NCBI GenBank assembly: GCA_028023455.1
Contig: JAQFVV010000004.1
Location: 18,972,001-19,036,000 of the forward strand
Origin: Epiperipatus broadwayi
Lineage: Eukaryota > Animalia > Onychophora
Length of the DNA stretch: 64,000 nt
Direction: 5' to 3'
In this document: positions 1-14,199 of the stretch, in pieces
Layout of the letters: every line of letters starts with the position of its first letter
Numbering within the stretch: position 1 is the first letter of the stretch
Notes under the pieces: generated by a model
Database searches by the model: none
What the model was told of the DNA's origin: nothing
What the model saw: the letters and a program-made list of their open reading frames with translations, nothing else
Translations under genes and position numbers: made by a program

Positions 1-1090
1 CAATTATATGGTTCATCTTGATCATTTAGACATTTGGTATATAACTTTGCCAAAAAACTTTTCTATTTCTTTATCTGTTTGTTTTAAGATATCGATTATA
101 ATTCCATCATTACCTGGAGCTTTTCCCTTCTTCATAAATTTAATTGCATGTCTCACTTCATTCAAAATCCTGGACAATTCTTAGTAGTTATAGGAGGTAC
201 TTTTCCTTATTCTTTATTGCTGTATAATTCTTGATATAATTCTTCTACACATTTCATGATATCTCTCTTTTTAATTATAGTTCTTCCTTTTTTTTTTTTA
301 TTGTAGAAATGTTTCCTACTAATACCAAAATTTTGTTTTACATTCTTGAGACTTATTCTTTTCTAAAATTTTGTTTTACATTCTTGAGACTTATTCTTTT
401 CTACAACTTTCCTTGCTACTCCACAGTTATGCTTTCTTATATCATTATCAATTCCATTTTGCACTATTTTACAAAATTTAAAGTATTCAATCTTTGTTAA
501 TGCATCATTTTTATATATTTCATATTTTTTTCTTCATAAATTGTAGTCTCAATAGAAATTTTACTAGTCAAATATTGCTTTTTTTGTACCAGCCTATCTT
601 TGTTGCAGTTTTTAAAAGTTTAAGTTATCTTCTTATTGAGTTCCTTCAATTCTGAATCATGTTCAAAATCTGTTAATATTTGAAAACTATTTGCAAGTTC
701 TAATTTAAATTCAATGAAATGTTTCTGAAGATTACAAATAACAACTGTGAATATTGTTTTTCCACTAAACATCACATGATCACCATTTCTAGTCTGGGGA
801 TATTCGATGAGTAGGCATGGGGATTTTATGCACAAGCCTTCTGGCATCCACTGATTACTCTGGTTGGCATTGAATGGTACTACTGTATGGAAAGTTTTGC
901 CTGTTTGGAATATTGTTTTTCTTAATTAATTTTTGTCTCTCTAGTTTTGTATTAACATGTATCTTATATCTCACTAATCAATAATCACTTCCTGTGTTCA
1001 ATTTATTAAGAACATTATAATCTTGAAATATATTTTTTCTGATAATCAAAATATAATCCAATTCTGCTTAATAAATGATTAGCAAAATTT
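1..1090 (-). mobile_element. Decayed RTE-clade LINE fragment (endonuclease-RT linker and start of RT), running off the window edge
   Basis: Minus strand around 80-170 reads EVRHAIKFMKKGKAPGNDGIIIDILK (KAPGxDG motif). 600-760 and 910-1010 align by eye with the RTE copy at 58.3-58.5 kb. Contains a 38-bp tandem duplication (about 327-402) and is interrupted by the HHR element at 763-907. Confidence 0.75.
763..907 (+). mobile_element. Short copy of the hammerhead/retrozyme-like family (short inverted tail plus sense arm starting at the HHR stem III)
   Basis: ctagtctggggatattcgatgagtaggc...gttttgcctgttt matches 57014-57136. Flanked by the 14-bp direct repeat gaatattgtttttc (749-762 and 908-921). 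Confidence 0.85.
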
Positions 1091-1578
1091 ATTAATATAT
1101 TTCCATTAAGTAGTTTGTATCTAAGTTGGGAATGCAGAAAATGTAAGTATTTTGTAAGACATTGTGATCTGGGCTAACTTATGAGTCCTGGTTCAGCATG
1201 AAATGCAACCTTAGGGCTCACTTGATTTTTTGACATGCCTTGGATGTCAAAAACTTCAGTAATATGTGATGAAATAGAAGTTTAAAATCTATTTAAATAT
1301 ACACAAGTTAAATGTATCTAAAACAATGTATACATGAAGTTAGATTATAACATGTTATATGGCTTAGTTGAAAAAGTGTATGTTTCTAATGTTTATCTAT
1401 AGTGTGGGAAGTTGATTTGACTTCTCGGCTGATGGATAGTTGTGATAAGATTGTGCTAAAAGTTAAATGATGCACTAATAAAATCTATATTGTGCCCATG
1501 TTATTTGTCACAATCATTTTAAGTAGAATTTAAAAATAGCTAGTTTTAAAAAATATTTAAATTTACATCGGTCTATAC

Positions 1579-2066
1579 CAGGGGTGTCCAACAAGTCGAT
1601 CGTGATCCACCAGTCGATTGCAATGCCATTTTTGGTCGATCACGAGGCCAATCTGGCAAGAGCTGTCGGGTACCAAGTGAAACAAATTAAGTCAAGATTT
1701 TCAAGTTTTGTTGTTATTTTTGTTTTTGTTCTAAATTTTGTTTCAATTCTAGATAGGTGAAGTCCAATAAGCCATATCATTATTGAAAATAATATTTTTA
1801 ATCTTGATTTAATGTAGCTAATTTGAATTAATAGATATTGTTAATAATTACTCATGTTGCTTTAATTCCACCAGACTTGAGTTTTTTGGCCCATTAAATA
1901 ATTGTTATTTTTTACTAGGTAGCTATATAAAAATAGTATGTATTTCACACCTCCCTCCACTTAGATTAAGCCTATGACAAGTCAATCACCTATGACAACA
2001 AGTCAATTGCAACACATTTTTAAAATAAAAAGTAGATCTTGTGAACACAAAAGCTGGCCACCCCTG
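1579..2066. mobile_element. Non-autonomous hAT (Charlie/Buster-type) MITE
   Basis: Imperfect TIRs caggggtgtccaac / gctggccacccctg. Perfect 8-bp TSD gtctatac (1571-1578 and 2067-2074) with central TA, typical of Buster/Charlie hAT elements. Repeated subterminal gtcgat motifs. Confidence 0.9.
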
Positions 2067-5000
2067 GTCTATACTATTTTATATTAATTTTGTGAGTAAA
2101 ATAGGTTTAAACTTGTTTGATAGAAAGTTTATAAAGATATTTAAAATATTTTAAAGTTGTTTAATGCAATTTAAATGATAAAAGTGGCACATATGTTATT
2201 CAAAAGATAAAATTAATTAATGATTATTATATTTAAATGATATAATGTTAAAACAAGTTTAATTACAGTATTAAATATTATACATCTAACATATTTTAAA
2301 TAAAATCCTTGTTTTTACTTCACCTTCTCCCAAGATAGGCTATGAATATGGAGACCTAAGTTTCCCGAAAGCACTAAGCCTTATAATACTTTTTCTAATA
2401 ATATTAAGCTTCACTTTTTTGTGTAAAACATAATTTAAAACCTAACATATTTTAAATAATTTTAGTTATTTAAATTATTTTAAATAATTGGTAATTAAAT
2501 CATTCTAGAATGTTCTAAAAGTGTTTAAAAGTCTATGTATTTGTCTTTGAGCTTTCATGTTTTCAGGAAAAATATTAATTTTTAGTTTCTTCTTAATAAA
2601 AGTAGACACATTAAATGTTATAAAATAATATTGTAAATTTTATCATAAAAGTAACAATTTTTCTTATGCTGTCTAAATAATATTTTCTATCTTAAAGTTA
2701 ATATTCAGATTATTAAAAAATATTTTAATTGTTTAAATAAAGGTATTCTATATTATAAAAATATTAAATAAATTTTATATAAAATTAATTAGTCATATTA
2801 CTTAGAAAATTATTTTGCAGACAAAATAATTTAATTTATATATAAATTAGCATTTGAGAAGAACTTGGATTGAGCAATTTAATCAATCATTATATAGAAT
2901 AGGTATAAATATAGGTGTTCAATCAGTTTAGACAGTTCACGTCTAGTTCTAGTCTTGTCTATTCTTGTTTTTTTGTCTAATCTGGTCATGCCTTTAAAAT
3001 TTTTAATTTTTTATAAAATATTTTATTTTATTAAAGTATAGTTTTAAATAATTATTATAATGTATCTCATATTTGAATAAATTAATTAATTTCCTATCAG
3101 TAAAATTTCACATCGAAACTTAACGAAACCGTGAGTTTTATGGAGACCAATAGTTGTCATCGAAGTATCAGTCTAATGCAGAGCAAAAACCATGAGAATT
3201 TTAACCATATAACCGAGGAAAACCTAAGGATTTGTAAGAACTTATGTTTCATATTTTTAGTGTGTATGATGTGAAAGAACATTTATATTTAATAATTTTG
3301 ATAACTCTTATAAATATAATCTGCCGAGGAATTTGCCGAGTGTATTTGATGAAAGCTATTTAATAAGCTATATGCACTTTAAAAGGAAGAACAAGTGATA
3401 TTATACAATTAAATTAGGTACGTATAAAGGAATTTTATAAATGTGTATATATTTTATATTATTTGCAATGCATATGTAAAAATGTTTTATTATTAATTTG
3501 TTTAAAAGAGAACATTATTTTTGATAATATTCAATTAATATTTTTATTTTTATTAACAATAGTCAGTTAATATCTTTATTATTAGAAATGTTTAGTTTAA
3601 TATTGAAATAATTTATTTAAAAAATAAAGAAAAATGATAGGTATCAGAAAATTTAATTTTCTGTTTTCTGAAAGGTAAAAATAAAATACCCTACAACATT
3701 TTATGTTCGGACAATCAAGGAGAGAAGGAGATTGCCATATTTAATTGCAATAATTGTTGGAATTAAAGGTAAATTATTATCCATTTTAATAATATTTTAA
3801 TTCATATTTTGTTTTATTTATCATATTACTTGAGTATTAAAACAGATGAATCATATTTATATGACTATGAATATATCAATTGTTTACGAGTGTATGGTAA
3901 AAATAAAATGCCTTGTAAGTTATCTAAAGGTATTTAAGTCAATTTCTACAAATGCTTACATATGCACAATAAAATGAAAACGATCTCTGAATTATCTAGT
4001 ACTATAAGTTAATGAATGTATAATAACAATGGATATTTTTTGAAATCATTTGTGTATATAATGTTTTGAACTATCTTGATTTTAATATTAGATATTTATT
4101 TTGGAAATATGGTTTGGAGATTATTTTATGTGACATAGTTAGAATTTCTTTGCGATGTTAGTAGTATTCAGAATGTGCAAGACAAAGGATAGTGGTCTGG
4201 GAAATTAGTTGTAAATGAAATCCTGGGCACTAGGAATATTAAGTAGGAATATTATATGTGAATCATATTGTTGTGAGTTAAGATTTAAATACAGGTAACA
4301 AAGGTCTATATATTTATACATGAGCAGTTGCATTCTCCATAGATCAGTAAGAACTCGGGTAGAAGCCATGACCAGAATTTAAAGTACATGACAAATATGC
4401 AACCTTAAGCACTGTAACCATATTTCATAAACATTTGAGTCATTATTATATTCATACCCCTCATTATAATCCTATTAATCGCCACTAGATATTACATCGT
4501 AAATGATAATTGAAAAAGTTGGTTAGAATAATAACTAGACTGTTTGAAAGTAGTCAATGTATGTAAATGCAAGAGGAGAGAAAAATTCTATCACAAATGA
4601 TGTTTAATTATTTACTGTTTATAGAGAAAGTGGAAAAGGAATGATTTGATATCCCTAGAGATATATGGATAATAGAGATCATTAAACTTAAATATTTAAT
4701 GCATATTTAGTTTGATTGTGAGAAAAAATGATGAAACATTATCTAAATGCTATTATGTAACAGATTATAAAGTGAATAAATAGATCACGCCAAGCAATAT
4801 AATTCTTTAATATAATTTGAATTTTCTATAATTTTAAAAATAAAGTTTTATAAAGTGATGAACAAAGTTATTTCAATAACTATATTTTTATTTATTTAAA
4901 TTTGCGTTGAAATGTTAAAATATACCTGAAAGGTAAAGAGAAATACTTTACTGGTATATAAACGATGTGCTTAGTCTTTTTCAATATAATATTATATGTT

Positions 5001-5299
5001 AAATTTTAAAAAGTGCTAATTTTAATTTTATAGTTAATAGGCATTTACTATAATTATAATTATTTTCCAAAAAGGTGAAGCATATTACTAGTTAAATAAA
5101 TTGTATTTATTTATTGTTATTGTTTTATTATGATAACAATGGAATATTATTAACATAATGATAGAAAATAATAGTATTTCTACTATAAAGTATCATATAT
5201 TCTATTTTATACATCAAATAGTCAGAATGAAGGTTATTTAATATATATTTATTTTGTTTTCTTTTGTAAAAATTTTAATCTAATTTTTTTTTTTTGTTA

Positions 5300-6200
5300 T
5301 TTTTTGTAAATATTTTAAATTTTATAAATGTATATTGTTGTAAATATAGTATATTGTTAATAATAAAATTGTTAATGTTTTTTGGAATTCATAGTCTTCA
5401 TAGTTTTATTTGTTGATATGTTAGAGTGTTTTTTGAATCTTCGTATCCGCACACGATTTATAAAAATTATTTGGATTATATTATTGCGCATGATTAATAA
5501 GAATATATTATTATTATTATTTCAGAAGATATTATTATTGGTGATTATGAAATTATACAATGCCAATTTTAAAATATTTAATATTGCAATTATACTAAGA
5601 ATATAATATTTTTTGTGAATGCCACATAAGAAATAAAAGATTTTTATAGCATAATATAATAGGAAATGTCTTAAAATTTATTTAAAATATTATATATGAT
5701 GTTTTCTAAAAATTTATGATTTTATTTATCTTTATTGAAGAGTAATAGTCAAATAGATGTATGATTTTTAAGATTTGTTAAAATATTCCAATTGTTCGTT
5801 TTGTGAGAGTAGTTGAATATAGATAAAATCCCTCATTATATTTAACTACATGGTATTAACTTGTTTATTATTATTAGAAGATGAACCCGAGATATTGAAT
5901 GATTATAAGAGTTAGATAAAATGATAAAGGATAAGAATTTTTAGTTTATGTTAAATTTAAATATTTTTATGAAAGGATAATAGAGATTGATTGTTTTATA
6001 ATAAATGTTATAGATTATTTAATTTGGATTATTTATGTGTGTTATAAGACATGAGTATTACAAAATAGTTTTATAAGTAGGAGTAATATTCTTATACCAT
6101 TGAGAATATATCTTTCGGGATACACCCTCAATGTTAAACCAACAATGTACCTTGCCGAATGTCTCGTGCAAAAGTTTTCATATTTTTTTGTTAGTATTTT
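5300..6200 (+). mobile_element. Possible highly decayed Helitron/Helentron Rep remnant
   Basis: Broken frames near 5800-5860 give RVVEY...IPHYI-L-W, resembling the Rep motif RVEFQxRGxPHxHxLLW. Near 6040-6130 they resemble HxHxxxCYK...CRFGxP. Very degenerate. Confidence 0.25.
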
Positions 6201-6641
6201 AATCGAACCATATTATAAGAGTAAATAAAGATGTAGTCATAGTTTAAGTTATCATAAAGCTAGTCATGGTTTAAGTTCTCATAATAAATGAGCAGGGAAT
6301 CCAATTTGAAGATAAATATTTAGTTTAGGTCTTTTATTATCATCTTAAATATATTATTTAAATAAGAAACTATTTTAAATATTAATTTTATTAGATGTAA
6401 TATGTTAGAAATGAAATCTGAGCTAACCAAAGTATCGTTTTAATGAATAGTTTCAATAAGTCGGTCGTAAATTCAAAGTGTAGTAGTTTTCTCAAGATTA
6501 GCCCGAGAGTCTCTTTAAAATTTGGTAAGAGTACAGTAAATATATAATTTTTAAGACAGGGAGTAATATTAAATAAAAATGTAATCAATTTCTTAAGTTG
6601 ATAAAAACTATGGTATTTACATATAATTCCGTCACTCTTTA

Positions 6642-7259
6642 CTGGGTGTTTTTTGGTTAATTATCCATTTTCAGGGTATAAAAATACTTGGTTTTTTTTT
6701 TATCAAAATTATTTTTAGCGAACATGTGGAACTTGTTAAATTTAAAAAATATTAAGAAATCCAATATAAATTCATATTAAATTTAAAAAATATTATTTTT
6801 TATAAATGCCATTCATAACATTTAATGATTTTTTTTTTACATGTAATTTACAGTTATCATGTTGCGAACATCATCATGATTTTTTTTTTATGTTTACCGT
6901 ATCATTCGTTCATGCTGTTGGTTATTTATTTTTCCTAATCTTTTGTAAAAATTATTAAAATTTGGAATCTACTAGTAACAGAAGACACAGCAAAGTATTT
7001 TCAAAATTATAGAATAGTGCCTGCGCAAAAAATGTGCACTAATGGGCATGTTATGAAAATTTATATGTGAACAGAGATAATGGTGGTGTAATCTCAAAAT
7101 GTGTTCAAAGAAGTTTTGTGTAATTTATTGTGTTTTTATAATCATGTTAAAAAAAAAAAATTTCAATGAAATATTTAATATGATAATAATTTTTAAAAAA
7201 AAAAAGCCATATTGTTTAAAACATTATACTCCGAAAATGGGTAATTAACCAAAAATCAC
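6642..7259. mobile_element. Decayed Tc1/mariner-like MITE
   Basis: Left end is TA + ctgggtgttttttggttaattatccattttcagggtata. The right end contains the inverted counterpart tatactccgaaaatgggtaattaaccaaaaatcac. The extreme right terminus is not clean. Confidence 0.45.
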
Positions 7260-7345
7260 ATGGCAAAGAAATCAAAGAAATTCTACATAAGTACCAAAAT
7301 TTATCACTATTCTATATAAGAGAGCAAAGAAATTCTACAGAAGTA

Positions 7346-7831
7346 AACGGAATATTGCATGAGAGTTAATTTATGATAATAGTAAGGAAAGTAGTTTATT
7401 ATTTAAGGCTCGAACGGGATCTTTAGCAACAAGAGAATATACATGTAGATGGAAAACCATGGATAATTTAGTGTGCAAATTGTGTAAGGAAGGTATAGAA
7501 AATATTAGGCACCTGTTGATTGAATGTAAATGCTTGAAAGCAGAAAGGGTACAGATAATGAAGTTATGGGAGAATAGACATGAACAAAGTGACTATACAG
7601 AAAGTGAGTTATTAGTTTTTATGTTGGGTTTGCGAAGAGATAAGGGGGGTTTAGATATAAAGGCCATAGAGTTGACAAAGATTATGTTGTGGAAATGAGA
7701 TGGGGCAGAATATGGGAAAACTTTAAGAGTGGGAAATGGAGAATAAAATGGCTAACAGGTTTATCTGGGCATAATTGCTGAGATATTCTTGACTTCGTTT
7801 AAGGAGAAGCCAAAATACATCACATCACATC
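7346..7831 (+). mobile_element. 5'-truncated LINE 3' end with C-terminal CCHC zinc knuckle and (CATCA)n tail
   Basis: Reads YDNSKESSLLFKARTGSLATREY...CKLCKEGIENIRHLLIEC (ORF 7459-7698). Ends in catcacatcacatca. A 27-bp direct repeat accaaaatttatcactattctatataa lies at 7293-7319 and 7832-7858. Same family as 63631-63958. Confidence 0.85.
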
Positions 7832-8949
7832 ACCAAAATTTATCACTATTCTATATAAATAGAAGTCCAACTTTAATTAACTATTCATCAGCTACTACCA
7901 TAAGAGCAAAATTATGGCAACATTAACCTTTTGTGACCTAAAACTTTCTTATTTTAGCAAGAGTTATGATTTATGCCTTTTTTTTAAATCTTGATGTGTT
8001 CCACACATGTAAAAAAATAATTACCCAATAAAATAAATAAATTATTATAAACACATTTGAAAATTTTAAAAAACAGTTCAGTAATTACTTCTAAATTTAT
8101 ATACCCGACTACTATAAAAAGCATATCTTCAGGCACATACACTTTTAATCAAGAAGTTCTATTTAAATCATGATTTTTATATTTCCCCTCTCAAGAAAAT
8201 ATTCAAATCATTAACACTAACTTTATTTTTAAAACTTTCCTAAAATTGATCCATAAAAAAGATTGAAACTAATAGCTATATCTTCTAGAACAATATAAAA
8301 TTGAAAGGAGATGAAAAAAAAATTATTAAATAAAATGACCAGCATTTTATTAAACAAAAAACAGAATGGAAAATAAATATTCACTTTAGGATTGATGTAA
8401 TCTAATTTTTTTTTTTAAAAGAAATATAATTATTTATTACAGTGCCGTTAATAAAGTGTGTGTGTTGGGGGGGGGGGGTAAATTACTTTTCATTATTACA
8501 ATGTAAAGATTTTATATTGATAAAATGCACATGTTGTAAATAACTTCATATTAGTAAAAATAAATTTCATAAAGATACATTTCTAAATTGAATATAATAA
8601 AGACTCTCTAGCTCCCTTCAGTCACCCACTTCATCCTATAACAGTTAGTCAGAATCATCTTCCACACATATATATAATCAGTGCTTGGTTTATATTAAGA
8701 TAGCAAATCTTCAAACTATAATGGGCAGACTTCAATCTTCTCCACTCTCCAACCCTCCATATCATTGAAAATCTGATGACCTTTGTGCATACTTTTTAAA
8801 ATAACACTAATAATTTAAATGGTCATTCGGTTATATCATAAATACTTTCAGTAATACAGTACTTGAATTTTTTTTTTTAGGCATTTCTAATCTTATGCAT
8901 TTAAATTTCCATATATATATACTTTTTTTTCATAATCACATCATAATTA

Positions 8950-9420
8950 ACTTTACAAAAATTTTAAATGGTAGTTCCAGGCTTGAAATGCTTAATAATA
9001 GTTATTAACAATTATTTCTTTGGATTAAACTAAAAAAGGATTCATAAATTTATTAATACTATAAATCAGAAATATATAGTGCTCTGATATGGAAAGTAAT
9101 AAAAGATTTTTTTTTTTTTAATCTAGTATTTACTGGCATTTAACACTTAAAATAATTTTTAGTTCTAGCACTTTCTATTTAAAAGATTTTAGAAACTGTT
9201 TAGTTAATGGTGGGTCCACCAATCTCAGTCATATAAATTGCATTCTAACACCAGATAGAGAAAAGAACAAAACTAAGAATTATCAGCCAATAGATTCCTT
9301 TTATTAGATTATTTTGATTGCACTCTTAGACTATTTTCATCAAGTATAGACAGACATTTGACTTTCATCAAATACACACCTATATAACAAAAATTGAGTA
9401 AGTTAATAAGTTTAAAAACT
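8950..9420 (+). mobile_element. Decayed non-LTR retrotransposon RT fragment
   Basis: gaaactgtttagttaatggtgggtccacc...aagaattatcagccaata resembles CLxxGxxPxxW...KNYRPI. Confidence 0.35.
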
Positions 9421-10099
9421 AACAAAAAACAATGTCATAAAATTTCTATGTCAGTATTTTACAATTTTGAACTTAATATGTTTTGATTATAAAAACTGTA
9501 ATAAATTAACTGATTTTATAAGCTTTTTCTTTAAAATTTAAACATACCTGTAAATATATTTAGATTGCACAATTATAAATTATGGACAAATGAATGACAA
9601 AACTTTCAAAATGTAGATTTTTTTCTATCTCCGAAAAATTTCACAACAATCCTCAACAATTTTTTACATAAAAAATAAAATAAAATTAATGTTAAATGTC
9701 TCTTAATACAATATTACTATATTAAAGTTTTATAATTTACTGCACTGAATTTAAAATTTTTATGTAAATATAAAGTTCCCCATTTTTATAAATCTTAGAA
9801 AGATACACTAATCAATTTTACACTTTGGTTTAATCTTGAAATGTATTTTCTTTTTTTCAGTTACTTCACTTCCCTTTAAAATTTAATAGCAATTGAATCA
9901 ACAAAAGTACATAAAGGAATTTTAATCATTAGTCTTTTTTTTTTTAATTTAGATTTTCTTTAATAAAGCAAATTCAATTTTAAGATATCATATAGAATAT
10001 AAATATATAGAATAATTTTATTTTTAAATAATTCTTTTCACGCAAATAAATCAGGAATAAACTGCATTTTTATTATTTCAGTTTCAATAAAATACTGGT

Positions 10100-10450
10100 C
10101 ACAAGCCTTTTAAGAGGATATTTTATAGTTTTTATCAAGTTTTTCACCTTAATAATGATTAACTAACATCTAAGATTGCAGCATTGATAATCATTTTTCA
10201 ATTTCAAAAGAAATTCTATGACTTTAATTAACTACTGGATATCTGATCTAAATATATATGAATATAATCTGCAGACAACAATTTTAATGACATTGTATAA
10301 GAGAATATTTTATACATTTTCTTTATAAAGTTTTCTATTTTAATGATATTATACTAATATCTAAGATTGCAACATTAATAATGATTTTTCAGTTTTGAAA
10401 GTAATTCTGTAATTTTTTAATTAACTATAGAATATCTAATTCTAATATTA
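10100..10450. repeat. Decayed tandem duplication, unit about 190 bp
   Basis: ctaacatctaagattgcagcattgataatcatttttc (about 10164) recurs as ctaatatctaagattgcaacattaataatgatttttc (about 10354), with matching downstream sequence. Confidence 0.6.
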
Positions 10451-10889
10451 ATTATATATATATAATTTGAATATACTGTAATCTAATCAATATCTATTTT
10501 TATTCACTTGTTTCTACAGATAACAATATTAAAATATTTTATATTGAAGGAATAATTTTATCAATCATTTTACTTAACACCCATATATTAATTTCAAATA
10601 AATATGAATACTCTTATTTACATTTTTTTTTTTTTTAGTTTCAGTAATAAACAATATTTTTTATTCACATATATTATAATTTTGCTGACTGCAATGATGA
10701 ATAATGCAAGATTTTATTAATCTTCACTCAATTACAACAATAGTAAAACTTGTACTAAACAAAAAAATAAATTTGTTTTATTATTTGCTGTTAATTACCT
10801 AAATAAATTTTAAAGGGTTTATACAAAGATACTTTGATATTTGAAATATAATGTAATGATCAGACTTAGCAAACTTCATTTATTTATAT

Positions 10890-11750
10890 TTTTTTCTATT
10901 CATTCATTTATTTACATAAATTACACAGGCACCATCTAGTTTTAAGCATCAGGCCATAAATTAACATGTATATTTAAAACAATATTTTATTCAATATAAT
11001 AATATATCCATTACAAGCAATATTAGTAATACCAGGCCAAATTATAGAGAACATAAGTTACTCCCGAGAAATGACTGTAAACCAGGCAATCTTACATAAA
11101 CAAAACAACAAATTATGTAATAATAATTTATTTATAAGTGCATAATTATAAATTGATATGAAATTTATTTCTTTAACAAAATCCTTTATAGATGATGTAT
11201 CACACATTTACTTTATCTTTAACCCTGACTTCATATGAATTCATAAATATAACATTTCTTTGTCTCGCATGTCTCCTAGTACTTACAATACATATGCTCT
11301 ATGTGGGATAGACATCAACGCTATTTTTATCAAATCGTAAGGAATGGTCTTTTTACATACTAACCCTTAGTAAACATAACTGCTTATATAACAGTATAAC
11401 AATGGCCTTTTAGTCCTAAACCTAATTTAATGCAAATACAATATAACAGGGATGACTTGTTCTGAGATCAATCCCTCATTAAACTGATAGGAATGTATTC
11501 TCCCATATGGATACGAACATATGTAAACTATTAAAGCATTGAACAAACAACTGCACATATATAAATCCATCTACATAAAATCCAATTTTCAGTAATCAAA
11601 TATGTTTAACTACGCACGAAAGAGACTAATGGAAATAATTACATTGTTAATTACAATCATTTGAGATTTAAGACAATTTATATGTATGCATCGCATTTAC
11701 ATGATTATCATTATTTTTTTGATTTTCCTCTTATTAATAACATATAAAAT
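10890..11750 (-). mobile_element. Decayed LINE 3' fragment
   Basis: Broken minus-strand frames resemble the post-RT region (HFxGxCxVL-like). A poly(A)-signal-like aataaa and tgaa repeats occur at the left (3') end. Weak. Confidence 0.3.
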
Positions 11751-14199
11751 TCATAAGCTTAACATACATATGTGAGGTATATTTATTATTTTTTCTTTTA
11801 AAAATAATTTTAACAAGTAAAGCGAAGTTATTACAAATTCATTTCTTGTCTTTTTTTACAGTGGCAGGTTTTTTTTTTTAAATAATATTGGATATAAGTA
11901 CAAGTATAATTTACAAATTCAGATTACTTAAAAGTACAAATCAGACTTTAATTATTAGACTCACCAAAACAAAATAATTGTCATTTACTTCTTTCTGATA
12001 AATATTAAGACTATTTAGGGTGATAATATAGTCTTATAATTTCTAGCTGTCTTTTAAATGTCTATTTTTTTCATTTCAGCTGGAGCTATTCAAACTGTTC
12101 CAGATTAGATATATTAGTAATGTTTTTCCATTTCTTTCACAAAGCATAGTGAAATCCTGGAATTTGAATAAAGTAGTATTCCAATCTGATTAAAAGAAAA
12201 AAAACTGACTTTAACGTCAAAACTTAAGTTTTCTCTTGAACCTCATTTTAGTTTTTTTCTCTTTTTTTAACAAATTTGCATATTTTGTTTACAAGAAAAA
12301 AAATATTATTTATTATTTTTTATGTTATTTATTGAAATGAATAATAGATTGTTCATTTCAGTATATATAGTAATAATCAAACGATTAACGCTTATGAATT
12401 AGTGATGTTCTAACAACATAAACTTAATCAAATTGATCAAAACAAAGTTTTGCTTAGAGCTTTTGATATTCATACCTGTTTACATTGAATTATGCTACAA
12501 AGCAAACTATTCTGATGTAAACTTAGTATTTCAAAAAAAAAAAATCTACATTTATTAAAATCTTAGATATGATATAGTTTATATAGTGTCCATGTCATCA
12601 ATATATTTGTCATGCATATAATAGTCCCAAGTGTCTAAATTGCTAATAATATTCATAGAAGTTTGTGCAGATACTTAATACATATGCTTTGTTCCGCACA
12701 ATATATACAATAAAGTTTTAACATTTTTTAAAAATAATTCTTATTTTAAAAAAAAAAATAATAACAACAAAACTTACTTAAATTTAATAACATTTTCAAT
12801 AAATGTACAACTATATAAGGTTATCTATCATCAATGACAAAAGATTCCATTCTTATTAAGAAAATAAATCCAAATGTTTATGCTATAACCTAATATAAAA
12901 AAAACAACTTTATAAAAAAAAAAGTGGCACATTGAACATATAAGATTTTTTTAAGAGTCTAGTATTTAATTGTAATATAATGACATTAGCATTTACATTG
13001 TGATGCTTCTAACAAATTTGCTTTTCCCAAAATTTGTTTATCCTCTTGCTTAATTTAATGGAGTAATAGTTATGAACTCTGAGCAAAAGTAAAACGCAGG
13101 TCTACCACATCAGGTATTTGATTGTTACATGACTTTCAATGATAAACCATTTAATTTTTTTTTTTATTTACTCTGCTTTTAGATTATTTGATTTTGATAT
13201 TGTTCCCTTTATCATGTTTTCAGAACAGATTTGTTGAATGCCACTTTTAAATGCATATGATTATTTAGCCAAAAAATTTTAATTATAATAAAAAAGAGAG
13301 AAAAAAATATGTAAGTTACTAAGAAATAGGAAATAAAATATTAAAATAAATAATACGAAGGTTATCAAGTTTTAGATAAAAAAAAATCTTAAAATAATAA
13401 AAGGCAACTTTAACTTCAATAACTAAAAGATGAATTTGAAAGAATTTATTTAAGCACATAAAAATTTATTTAAATACATAACTATATGTATTAGATTCCT
13501 ATTCAAATAATAAAAAAAGAAAAAAATTAATAAATAATAAGAGGAAAAAAAAGATTGATACTATTTGCATGGACATATTACATAACATTGAAGATGTTAA
13601 TAAATTAAAAAAATTCAAAATTTTTCACTATTTATTTTAATAGCAATTAAAATTGGCATTTTCTTTAGAAACCAACAATTTCAAACAGTGTTTTCCTGAA
13701 AGTTTGTGAAGATGGTGTTCTAGTTGTATTTTTATATTGGATTATTTTCATCATCTAATATGAGTGAGTATTGAATGTCTTTAGAAAAATTTAACTTTTA
13801 TTTAAAGATTCCAAATACATTCAACTGTTAGTAATAGTAATTCAAACAGTGTTTGGATGAGAGAAAATGGTCTGCATATTTTCACAAATTATATGGAAAA
13901 ACTTTTTTTTTTTTTGCTATTTATTATATACTTTGAAACAATTTGTTTTCAAAGCCACCAATTTTGGCTATGAATTAAAATTGACAATTTTTATTTAAAA
14001 CAAATCATTTGAATTATTACTCAGGTGAATGAAAAGGAAATACTTTCAATTTCAGTCTCTGCCACTAATACCAATTTGTTTTCCAAAACAATTTTCAGCA
14101 ATACAAATTGAAATTGATACTTTCTATTTAATCCAAAGCATCCATTATTGGAACTATTACTTGATAAAAGACTGAAGTAATCTTTTCACAAATTTCAAT

